Of a DNA stretch of 50,445 nt, positions 38,870 through 50,445 are shown in pieces. Numbering within the stretch: the first letter of the stretch is position 1; every line of letters begins with the position of its first letter. The position numbers and the translations under genes are program-made. Under the pieces are notes generated by a model that searched no databases, had not been told where the DNA came from, and saw only the letters and a program-made list of their open reading frames with translations. The DNA comes from Azolla caroliniana (taxonomy: Eukaryota > Plantae > Polypodiophyta): positions 1 to 50,445 of the forward strand of contig JBHGNT010000220.1 in the NCBI GenBank assembly GCA_043228905.1, in the 5' to 3' direction.

Positions 38870-39729
38870 GGAGCAATTTGGCCATTCTAATACTACATAT
38901 ATGTATCTTCTTTCAATAATAATCTCTTCTTCTCTCTCTTGAGGAGCCTAAAAAAATAGTGGGTCATTTTCTTCGTCCTTTCTTCATTCAAGTCATTCAT
39001 TCATGGGGCTCTCACTCACTAGTGATGAATGTGAATGTTAAGCACTCGCTATCTATGTATGTATTCACTCTCCAAGGAGCCGGGCCGAGAGCGCGCGATA
39101 CCTCTGTCTCCTCATATCCATCTCATTGCTCCCTATGTTTCATGTGGCACCGCTAAATCATCATGTGTGAACGCCCGATGTCCACATGCATCTTTCCTCA
39201 TTTGTCCGCCCAAATTGGAAACCTCCGAGGTTGATGTCACGACCATTCGATCCGAAAATGAACCAAGCGCACTTGCTCCTCCTATACCCAATCTCTTACC
39301 CTGTCCCATGTTTGGAGGTCGGGGTTATAACTTATATTATCTAGGATCGAGAAGAGCGCGCAACATGAGGGTCCAAAAGGAGGGTGGAAGGTTGTTTCCC
39401 ATGTCCCTTTTCAAACTCATAATTATGCCCGAATAATTTCGATTCTAATTAAGGTTGGTAGTTAATATAGTTCTCCTAACTAATGCAAAGTCACATTCTA
39501 AATTATAAAGCATAGCAAACTACTTAGGTGTTAACTCTTTGTTTTCTTTCTTTGGCAAATGTTCATGAATGATTTAAATTTTAGGTATCATCAGGTTGTA
39601 GGCATATCACAATAATCTCTAAATATGCATGTATATGCTATGTACATGTACCAAACTTAAAATGCAAAGCCATTTATAATCGTGTGAGATCAATATTTTC
39701 TCATAAGAAATTTATATAGGGCTAGAAAG

Positions 39730-39884
39730 CAGGGCAGGAATTTGCCCATCTAAGGCCATTTTGCCCGTCAAAAACATACACCCCATGTCAAATGACATGC
39801 TAAAATTTTAATTTCCATGTCATTTATGTATGTATGTATGTATGTATGTATGTATGTATGTATGTATGTATGTATGTATGTATG

Positions 39885-39915
<31 letters not shown>

Positions 39916-41675
39916 GTATGTATGTATGTATGTATGTATGTATGTATGTATATATATTATAGTGTTGGGCAAAGGTTGAATTGGGAATCAGTACTTTTGC
40001 CGGCCGGTGGCAACCATTATGGATAGCCGGAATCGATTCCGGCCATGATTTCTGACCAAATAGAATCTAGCTGGATGAGCCGGCTATTTCTATAGTATAT
40101 GAAAATTTTTATATTTTATATTTCTTCCAATGTTTCATTCCCAATTTCCCCCCTGTTTTCTCTTTTCTTGCTTCCTTCTTCACGATTCCTATTCCTTCTT
40201 CACACGCTGCTCGTTGCTTTCCATCATTGTTACTCCATGGTCCTTGGTTGTTACCCATTGCTCCCGGCTCACTCGCTACTCATTGTTCCCTGTCGCTTCT
40301 CAGTGATTGCACGACATCTACTATTTGCCACTACACCACTTTGAAGTATGTATTTTGTCTCTTTTTTTCTCTATTTTCTCTGTTTTTCTCTTTTATTGAA
40401 TCTTTTTTCTTTGAAGATTGCTCATGAGAAGCGTGTATGACAAAGTGGAATGCATTTTCTTTTATTCCCACAAAAATCTACAATAGGATAAGGACTAAGC
40501 AATTAGAGTGATTAGTTACATATGTTTGTCCATTATGGACTTATTGAAAGCCATAGAAAGCATGGAGGATGTAAGATAGGTCTGATTGTTGATTGGTTGA
40601 ACCCATAGATATCAAGGAGTATGGTTGTGATGAGGTTATTATGTTTGATTGTTGATTGGATGAACTATTAATATGCACAAGTGATGCTAGAGGAATTTTA
40701 GGATACTCTAGGAAGATTTTTAAAATTTTAAAATTTTCATGCACTTTCTAAATTGGAGGTTAATTTGGTCTATTGAATCTTAATATTGGGGATATTTTGA
40801 TTCTTAAAATTAGTGATAAGATTTTTGGTATTTATTGTATTGTATGCTATAAGTCATCGAATACAATAAGCACATCTTATTGTCACACATCACACATCAT
40901 AGAAGTACATATTGTATTGTATGAGTTAACAAAACTTTGATAGAGAACAAATATCTTGTAGATGGTATGCTCATTTGGCCATATGAGGTTAGCGAAGAGG
41001 CTTATGCCACTAATGCACGTCGAGTAGTTGGGAACAATATGTACATGAGCATGCATGCAGGGAAATTTATATGCAATATCCAAAATTCTTAGGTTATGCA
41101 TGTAAATTGAAGAAGGCATTGTATATATTACCAACAACGAACATCAAGTGCTTAATTACGCATGGATTTGAAATATCGAAGTTTGTGTATATGTTAGTTA
41201 GTACAATGGAATCATTCTCATTGTGAATTGTGCGGATGTTTATATCCTTGAATGCTCAAGAGACATCATCAAACATTTGTTGGAGGGATATATTTAACTT
41301 TTGGTTTGAAGAGAAAGAGAGAAGGATAGTATGATTGAAGTAGACACATATTGCACAATGCTTAATATGAGGAGTCATGGTATGAGAAACATTTTTTTTG
41401 TAATTTTTGGGCTTTAAGAAATATATGATGATTAAGTATGCAATTTGTATGATTTCATTATCTTTGTTAGGTAGTTATGTTTATTTGTGTATCTTTGTTT
41501 ATTTTCGATACTAATAAAATGTATAATAATGAAGTATCATATAGAGCTTTTCATTATTAAAACTTGTACGTGAAATGACATATCAGTTTTTGCACTCTCA
41601 TGTGATATATGAGATACATCTTTAAAAAATGCGTGTCAAAAAACTTAAAGACTAACCCGTCAAATTCAGGCCCTG
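39730..41675 (+). mobile_element. Non-autonomous hAT DNA transposon (~1.95 kb) with a decayed transposase C-terminus
   Basis: Terminal inverted repeats CAGGGCAGGAATTTG (39730) and CAAATTCAGGCCCTG (ending 41675). Perfect 8-bp TSD CTAGAAAG at 39722-39729 and 41676-41683. A remnant at ~41119-41334 (LYILPTTNIKC...RMFISLNAQ...WRDIFNFWFEEKERRI) resembles a hAT dimerisation-domain end. Confidence 0.88.
39825..39952. repeat. (TATG)n microsatellite, about 30 units, inside the hAT element
   Basis: Directly visible near-perfect TATG array with one TAAG interruption. Confidence 0.97.
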
Positions 41676-42209
41676 CTAGAAAGTACATATATAGGGCACC
41701 CTAATTTAACACGAGTATGTATCCTAAATTCTCGAAATTGATCTCATTAAATTCGTCGAAACTGTGGAAGTACATTCTCTTTCTCTCTCATATGCGCAGC
41801 AGCTGCAGAGTTATCTCTGGTTGCCTTGGGTAATCAAGACTGCTATGTATATTTTTGTTTGACAGAACCTTCCATTGTTATCATCATCATATGTATGTTG
41901 AACCTTTTTACCGACATGGTGAACGAAAATTAGAGCACTGTCCCAACAATGAGATGCAAAAACACAGACGATATTGGAATGGTAAAAAGCTTTGCTAGTG
42001 TGGCGTTTGCTTGCGCTAAAGGATTTAATGGTGAAAATCATTGAGTTCATGACTATGTTCCGACAAAGGGTGGTGGTAGAGGTGGTGAACATATGCACGA
42101 TCTTGAAGATTTTTTGACTTTGTTGATGCAAAAGACTCTCGTTAGTTTCAGTGCATCCTACTCTATTCGGCCTAATTTATGATGATGATGATGATGGGTT
42201 TATGTTGGC

Positions 42210-42365
42210 TGAGGTTGCAGAGTATATGTATGTCTATATAGGTATCCATGCATATATTATATTGCATAGAAGTTGCAGAGTATATGTATGTGTACATGCA
42301 CATATTATATTGCATTGAAGTTGCAGAATATATATATCATGTATAGAAGCTGCAGAGTATATGCA
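42210..42365. repeat. Short degenerate tandem repeat upstream of PP2C
   Basis: A GAAGTTGCAGAGTATAT-type motif occurs four times (near 42211, 42269, 42317 and 42346), the first two followed by CATGCA(T/C)ATATTATATTGCAT. Confidence 0.75.
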
Positions 42366-43202
42366 TGCATGTATATGTATATGATTGATTTTATCAGGGT
42401 CCCTCCCTTCCCTCCCCTTTTAACCTAGGAGGTTTGACTGAAGAGCAACCTTGGTTGAATCGGTGGCTGCAGAGCTGAACACTTGTTTTTTTTTGCTTTT
42501 GCAGTTACTGGCTTCTCTGATACTTCCTCCTGATTCCTCACACAGGCATATTCAAGGTCTGCCTCTCTTTTGATTCTTGCTTTCTGGCATCTGCATAGTA
42601 TTCTCTCACGACTTCCGTGTGTTACATTCACTTTGGTTAGGCTTTTTCTTCTTTTCAATGCATTACGTTACAGATTCTAATTCATCAGATAATTAATGTT
42701 CGCGTACTTAATTTCCCTTTTCTCCCTTGAATATATTGTGCATGTTCTGCTTTGTTGATTTCTTGAATATGCACAGTATACTCTAATTTCTTCTGGTTTT
42801 GTTTGCCAAAAATGACGTTCTTTGCGTTGTCTATGCACTTAAACTCTAATTCATCTTATGACCAATCAAGTTTTGTCCTTTTTTATCAAGCTGCGTAAGT
42901 TTGCTTTCTGGTTTATTAGGTTTTCTTGGCTGAATAGGAGTGTGTGGCTGTATCACTTAGGGGATCAGTTTGGTTTTGGTTTTATTGTTAGAATTAGGAT
43001 TGGTTTTGTCACTTAAGCTCTTCGGATGATGTTTCCCTATGTCCTTTTCATGTCATAGAAAGTTTGGGGACTTGGTTTTGTAATTTGAATCATTTAGTCA
43101 AATACTTCAAGAGAATGGGTTTACAATCTTGGTGCTTCATTGAAGTGTTAAATCTCAAGAGCTAGTTTATTTTGACACATGAACTACCGAAAGCAGTAGA
43201 TC

Positions 43203-46200
43203 ATGGGCAGTTATCTCAGCACTCCAAAGACTGAAAAGTTATCAGAAGATGGACATAATGAGCAGCTGAAATATGGTGTCTCTGCAATGCAAGGCTGGCG
43301 AAACACCATGGAAGATGCAGTAAGTTTTTCTAATTTTATTCCATCTCATCACCTTTTTTGTCTATCTGTAAGTTATAAGCTTTTTGTATTTGGTCAGGGA
43401 ATTGCTGCTGCATATAGAGTTGAATAGTAATTGATTTATGCAAATGGGTCTGCAGTTTATATTTTTTTTGTATTTGGTCAGAGCAATGTTGCTACATGCA
43501 GGGTTGAATAGCAATTGATAGGAAATTGCTTTACTCAAACGACTGAGTTTATTTAGCATTATATATTGATTTTACGAAATTCAATTGAAGCTTTAAAATA
43601 GCAAAATATAGAAAATTGTGGGAATATTTTGAAAACCTTGTACCCGTGCCAAATGGTTACCTTTCAAGTTTTTTTTGGAAACTTTGCCAATTCATTGCGG
43701 ATAAATAGCTCCTATTGCCTCCTTGATTTTATATGATGTATGGATTCTGATATCCTTGAAAGTAGTACTTGTTCACTTCATCTTATATTAAGATCTCATT
43801 TAGTGGAAATATTTTAGTAAAGGACTAATGTATACCGTTTACATGGTTGTATTTGCTGCAGCATACTGCTATTTTAGATCTTGATAAAGAAACATCTTTC
43901 TTTGGCGTTTATGATGGTCATGGAGGTGAGCTTAGTCAATATTCTATTGTAATCAAACAGAAGTTAAGATTCTGCAGAAGAATGTTACATCAGCTCATTT
44001 GCCTAATAAGTTATAAATACATGTTTGTTTATTGGAGTAATAATTTATAAACACACAGACATCAATTTTGAAATTTCATACAATAGTTCAAAATATTATA
44101 TCCCTGTCCTGTAATATCAGCTCGAAAATGTGAACTCCATAACCCAAAGTTTTTTGTCTATTTTCTTCCATGCCAAAGTGCCTATTCATCACGAAGACAA
44201 AAATTCAGCTTTGCTCGAATAGGAATATTTCTTATGGAAAAGTTACGAACCAAAGAAAAGTGTGTCACTTCTCCAGTTTTTTTATTCTATAAACGTGGTT
44301 CAGAACAAGAACTTATAGATCATCGATGCGATCCTCCAGATGTTGTTCATTTGGCATCTTAAGCTTTAGAGTTTAACATGAGAATATGCAGCAGATGTCT
44401 ATGTGTACTTCCCTGATTGATGTTCTCAACTTAAAGATATTTTAGGATCACTTTCACCAAAAGTGTCCAGTTATATTTATATATGTAATTGTGTTCAGGG
44501 AAAGCTGTATCGAGGTTTTGTGCTAAGCATCTTCATGATCAACTCTTGCGAAGTGAAGAATATAGGAGAGAAGACATATCAAAAAGTATTCATAGTGCTT
44601 TTTTGAGGTGATTCTATGTGATAGAAAATCACAAGCATCTGTCATACTTGTTGCGCAATATTCTGAATTTTCCTTCTCTTTTCACCTAATTGCATTGGGG
44701 TTTAATCATTCTTTTTGTGATTATAGAGAGAGTACATTCGGTTCTTGCTTGCTAATGTTTATAGGATGGATGAGATGATGCGTGGACACCGAGGCTGGAG
44801 GGAATTGCACATTGTACCCAAAAATAGAACTTCTAAAATAAGCGAATTCTTTGGTGGTATTGTGTCTCCCAAAATCTCTGAAAGCAAGGCCACAAACACA
44901 AACCATGTGGTTGATGATAATTGGATCTTTGAACAGGTACACAATTGCTCGGTTGTTGCTTGAACTATAGTTATTGCTTTATTTCCTTGAAGATGAAAAT
45001 GTTACAATTACGATCAGATCCAAGAACTATTATGGTGTGTACCATTGTATATGTTTCTAGTAGGCAGACTTAACTCAGTAAGCCTAAGTATCAATCAAGA
45101 AAGATCAAACATGACTCATCATTACTAGAATACAGGCACCTCTTTTCAAGGAATACGTCCCAGATAAATTAAGATGAGAATGGAAGGCTGAATATAATCA
45201 TGAAATAGCACACTTGCCTAAATGTCATCATGAAAGATCAATCATGACTCGTAATTACTAGAATATAGGAACCTCTTATCAATGAATGCGTCCTAGATAA
45301 ATTAAGAAGAGAATGGAGGGCTGAATATAATCGTGAACATCTCCTTTGGAGCTGTGTAAGGTTTATATAAAGTCCTTGAATGCAAATATAGAGCATCTGA
45401 AGATAAGGAGCAGTTAAGCGAAGAAAGCTCCATTCATGCTCTGTGGTTAGTGAAGAAAGGGAACAAGTTTGTATGATTTTCTTATGTTATTGGTGCAGCT
45501 TTGAAAAAATCTGCTTGCGACAGGTAATCTGATGTTTTAACCCATAGACAAATCTCAAATAATCTTTAGGTTAGAAGGATTATTTTAGAGATCAGTAAAA
45601 AATGTGGAACTATTTTTCCCAACAAATTTTGGTTTATATAGCGTTGTATAAAACCTTGTTCTTGAGAGATAGGGTGTCAGGAGTTCCTTTTTGTTGTTTT
45701 TGGTCTTATTTTGTTTTATGAATAGGTCTTGGATTTTGATCTGCAACAGTAATTGCACCAAAGAGAACAGTTTATCTTAAGATCCTGTCTACCATGAATA
45801 CCGCCTTAAAGAGTAGATAATATCTTTGCATATACAACTGCATTTTTTTGCATCAATTTATTCACTCACCTTCTCTAATGGAGAATGTTGAGGAAACTGT
45901 TGAGGACTGGAACGAAACAACCACCTCTGACAGCGATGCTTTCTCAATGTTGAAACAGAGAAACATCATACATGTTGATACCCTGTATTCTATGAAATCA
46001 GAGGAAAGTATCACAACCTCTTTAGAGAAGAATTTGGACCCTTGCAAAAAATCTTATCCCACCCATATATGTACCCCAAAGCGCAAAACATAGTAAAACA
46101 TGCCTTAGAGGAGTTTGTTACCCTGGAAAGAGCAACAACACTCATATCCTGCAAAATTGCGATGACCTTTGGCATCTCTTTGTCCACAAACTCGCTATCT

Positions 46201-49200
46201 CAAAAAGATAAAATCTATCGTTAACCGTCATAAGGGTCATAGGCCATGCTAGTAAACCTTTTGATTTAGAAGTAAACAATTAGGACATGCCCCCAAGTTT
46301 GAACTTTCATTTGTTAATAGAATGTTCATCACATTTCTGATGAGCTAGAAACTACCGCTGTTAGTGTTTTGTAAAAATGCTTTGGTTTCATAGGTCAATT
46401 TGCCCTTTCATAGACAATAATATTTCTTTCTTTCTTTCTTCTCCAATTTCATGTCTTGCATTCTTAATTAATTACTTTATTATGCTGCAATCTTATCGCT
46501 GCAAGAAACCAATGTACAACAATGCACAAGGATTGGCTCAACAATGTACAAAATGCAGTCAAGCACACTAATTGTGCTGAAGTTCTGTCCTGGCAAGAAC
46601 ACATAGAGCAAAAGAATTCATATATTGTTCTGAACATCTCTTACACCGCTATCGTAGTAGCACGCAAAAGATATCATGCTTATGGCTTATGGAAGTGACC
46701 TAGAGACATGTAGAAACACCAAATCTATGCATGAATCCTCAAGTCCAGTATTGAACATTCAATACTCACAATTCAACTCCATAAATGGTCTGAACTATGG
46801 GACAACGCCATCAGTATGAGAAGTATGGGACAGTACTATTGCAGCCAATGAAAGAATTCCACTCTGACCAAATGGCCATGATGGTAATGTGACATATACT
46901 ATCAATCACGTAATCACTACCTACCAATTTGTCTCTCCCATTTGGGAGGATACTCGCTCTCATTTATGGCAACTTGAAGCTAATGCCTCTTTTAACTGAT
47001 AAGCAATTAGAGTTTTGTGATATGTTACTGATTTCAGAAATTGCGAATTCTGATTATCCTGAGAATCTTTATGATTTGTGATATTGAGTTTTTTTAGTAG
47101 TAGAGAAGGTCGGTTTGGACACTCCTGTGGGGTTTGTTTTTCTCAGGATTTATGCTGGCTGAAGGAAAAACTCTGTTCTTATAATCAATTTGACTCTAAT
47201 TTGAGTGATAAAGAAATACCTACCGAGGCACCAAGCTTTGACCAATCGGTGTATTGTGTCAAATTATCTAAACTCTTGCTCTCTTCTAAATCGTACTTAT
47301 TAATTGAGTGAAAGAATTTATGTGTAAAAGTGTTAATCACTGCCATCAAAGGTTGTTAAGGCTGGTTTCAGTGGCAATGAAACCTCGACCTGTACTGCTT
47401 CATGCATCTTAATTGTTGCTGGCGAGTCGAAAGGAATGTCACTGATTCACTGTCACAACCTAGGCCATTGTAACGTCGAACTCAAACGATTGGAGTTTCA
47501 TGCCAGCTGGGACAAAGGAATATTTTATAGACGGATTTCTGATAAGGTGGAGTGGTTCTACTCTACACTGAAGTATTTATTTAAGCCGGTGATTATAATT
47601 TAGAAAGGGTCTCATTACCGAAAGGTACATCTTTTATGTATCGCCTTATGGCATTTCTTAATACCACAGTAGTATCTTTTTTTGAAAAAAAAGTTCGAGT
47701 GTGTCAATAAAGAAAAGGCTAACAGATTCAAGCAACAATATATGACATATTGTTGGGGGAAGGATGTGGCTCTATTCATAGTGCCACATCTATTTTCAGC
47801 CATCCATATTTCAAACTTTCATCTCCAACCATACCTGTCTTGTACTGCTGGGATTCTTTCAGCTTGTCTATATTTTTGTCTTCTCAAGTTGTTCTGTTTT
47901 GCATGACTAGCTTAACTTCTTATCCAATGATTCTTTCAGAAACTTAATCACAGCCCTGATGAAAGAAGGCATAGATGTAACGGTCAAATTAATGAACAAA
48001 TTTTCTTTTCATGCGGTCTGTCCCTCCCTTCACCATCTCCTTCTCACACGATATGTGAGTGTGTATAGAACTTGGATGCACTTTTTTACTATAAAAAATC
48101 AATTCAGTGTGCAAATTTGAGGAAGAGAATTGCCTCATTTTGTTCTGATTAATAATTGATGCTTCATCTTTGATTTGATCCTTCTATGGCAATATTCTTT
48201 TTATTCATATTTTCATCTTGGCAGGGTTCCCATTCAGATTTTCCAGGGCCTACTTCTGGGAGCACGGCTGTTGTTGCTCTTGTACGATCTGATACGATTA
48301 TAGTAGCTAATGCTGGTGATTCTCGGTGTGTCCTTTCAAGAGCTGGCAAAGTACGAAACACGTTTTAAGCCCATCAATTTTATCTGAGATCAAGCTGGAA
48401 ACTTGTACGTATTGCTAAATTTTCTGGCAGGCCTTGGAGTTGTCTAGGGATCACAAACCAGGACTTCAACTAGAAAAAGAGAGGATAACACAAGCTGGAG
48501 GTTTTATATCTGGTGGACGAATATGTGGCAGCTTAAATTTGGCTCGGGCAATCGGTAAGGATTTATTATGTGAATGCACCTATATAAAACTATATGATTG
48601 ATCCATACCATTTTCTGTCATTTAATCAGGTGATGTTGAGTTCAAACAAAACGAATTGTTGTCTCCCGATAAGCAAATTCTCACGGCCTGCCCTGAAATA
48701 AAAATAGTATGTCTGCAAGAAGCATTTATGGATAATTTTTAATTTTTAATTTCAAATTTGTTTCTGATAAATATAGGCCTTTTAATCATTTTCAGGTAAA
48801 GCGCACTACTGATGATGAATTTCTTATATTAGCTTGTGATGGGATCTGGTAAGAACTTTCAAGTGTTTTTTGGGATATTTCCCTGCCATTTCAGAAAATG
48901 ATAATGTTTTTGCTGTATATCGTTGTCTGTATGTCTTTATGTCAAACTCACCTCTGTCTCCCCCAAGCGTATCAAAGAAAGCCCCATTTTCTGGATCTGT
49001 GTAAAACAACCTATTATAATGGAGAACCCTACAGAGTTGTGATCTTGTTACCAGTATCCAGTATGAATGCGTAACCCTCATCCTTCTTCCTTATGTTTCA
49101 GGACTTCATTTTAAGTGCGTCATAGTTGTGAGGTATTTCATAATGATTTCATTATGCTTATAGTATTATTGTTAGACTTTGAGAACCGATAAGTATCAGA

Positions 49201-50442
49201 TATACTACATGATTCTGAAATCGGAAGATAATCAATTAGCTGTCTCCAGACAAAGAATTAAGATCACTGAGGGTAATAATCAAGTATACTCATTACCAAA
49301 TTGACGAATTGAGGAATGTTCTGCCCAAGAATAACATAGATTAATGATTCCTTGATATAGGATAGCATTTTTAAATCTTTCATTCTCTAATTAGTCATTA
49401 TTTTTGGAGATATAGTTACAGTTTTTACTGAAAGGGCCTTTCCAAAGCAAGCAATTCCATAACTATGGGGACATGGTATGCTTTCATCTTGTCAAAGGTG
49501 ATTTCATGCACCTTCTTTACCTCACAATGCTCACACGGTCATTTGAAATGGCTGTACAGTGTGAACTCCACTCTCAAGAGACGTGAGGAAACTGAATTTT
49601 TCCAATAGATCTCACGCAATGACTGACACTAGATGACTAGCTGTCATGGCATAATAGTCAAGTCTTGCATATGAATAACAAATAGGTGAAGTTACAGACT
49701 TAACAGAAATACTCATTCCAGAAAGAACATATGCATGTATGTATGTGTATATATATGTATGTAAGTGTGTGCGTGTATGCATATGCATATGTATATGTAT
49801 GTATATATGTATGTGCCTATAGATCATCGATGTAGGATATGTTGTTGGCTGATGTATTTTAGTTCATAAAAATCTGATAAAAGGCTAAAATTTAGCTCCT
49901 ATGGACGCCTATATCTATGGGTATGACTTGATTGATTATGAGGTTTATTAGTTATATTTTCTTGTGCCTTACTTTCGAACTATTTTGTCATAATCATTCC
50001 GAGTGCAGAATGATACAGGATTTATAACTAGGAATGAACTGTGGGTGGGACCTGTCTAGCTTGATATGCTTTACAATGTAATTATTAGTAATATCTTGAT
50101 TGAATTGCAGGGATGTCATGGGAAGTCAGGAGGTGGTGAATTTCATTCACAAGCATAAACAAACGGTAAGATATCTTCGCTCTGCTAAAAATTTCTTTTA
50201 TTTTTGTCTTATAATGCTCCTCTGCATTCTGAATTGTGTGCTTATACTTCCTCCAGAATTAGGCAACATGGAGATTTTGGTGAACTTTTATGTACAATAA
50301 ATCAAAAGAAAAAGAAGTTTTTGTGATGCTCGAAACCAATGAAAGTTCTGTTTTCCGTTTGTTTTCCTGCTTTGAATATATGAGTAATGAAACTTTTCGT
50401 CTATTGCTGCAGGAACCATCTTTATCAGCTATCTGTGAGAAG
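43203..50442 (+). CDS. Protein phosphatase 2C (PPM family, MGxYLSxPKTEK type), 3'-partial. Exons 43203-43319, 43862-43925, 44499-44607, 44765-44936, 48225-48350, 48431-48554, 48630-48706, 48796-48848, 50111-50165, 50413-50442.
   Basis: [82 protein letters not shown] and [15 protein letters not shown], joined by GT-AG introns. Gly2 is a possible myristoylation site. Confidence 0.94.
43381..43519. repeat. ~55-bp imperfect direct repeat in PP2C intron 1
   Basis: TTTTTGTATTTGGTCAG...GTTGAATAG(T/C)AATTGAT at ~43381 and ~43465. Confidence 0.75.
45099..45337. repeat. ~106-bp imperfect direct repeat (period 133 bp) in PP2C intron 4
   Basis: GAAAGATCAA.CATGACTC...ATTACTAGAATA...AGATAAATTAAGA.GAGAATGGA.GGCTGAATATAATC.TGAA at 45099-45204 and 45232-45337. 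Confidence 0.88.
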
Positions 50443-50445
50443 GTG

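Noticed and set aside
39035-39436. 133-aa ORF in the GC-richer region upstream of the GII-beta-like gene
   Set aside because: No recognisable domain or splice structure; more likely promoter or repeat-derived sequence.
48112-48128. 17-bp match CAAATTTGAGGAAGAGA to the minus strand of the GII-beta-like last exon (~36531-36547)
   Set aside because: Short, isolated and without extension; most likely chance.

Overview
Gene-dense, intron-rich plant nuclear DNA (AT-rich, GT-AG introns, microsatellites). It is probably from a fern with a compact genome, inferred from PLS-class PPR proteins with extended L-like motifs. Eight protein genes could be spliced by hand: a PLS-PPR (minus, running off the window start), an EngB/YihA-family GTPase, a HOZ/HugZ-like heme-binding split-barrel protein, a second PLS-E PPR broken by a frameshifting deletion, a HUA2/HULK-like PWWP-CID protein, an LMW-PTP-fold protein with Ser in place of the catalytic Cys, a short membrane-anchored glucosidase II beta-like protein, and a PP2C running off the window end. 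Non-genic features include a decayed MAPK copy next to a probable LINE 3' fragment, a ~1.95 kb non-autonomous hAT element with a perfect 8-bp target-site duplication (TSD), two Mutator-like MITEs in the GTPase introns, and several tandem repeats. No prokaryotic-type system (CRISPR, operon) is supported. The most interesting signals are the probable pseudophosphatase, the duplicated exon boundaries that create potential poison splice choices in the GTPase gene, and the split PPR.
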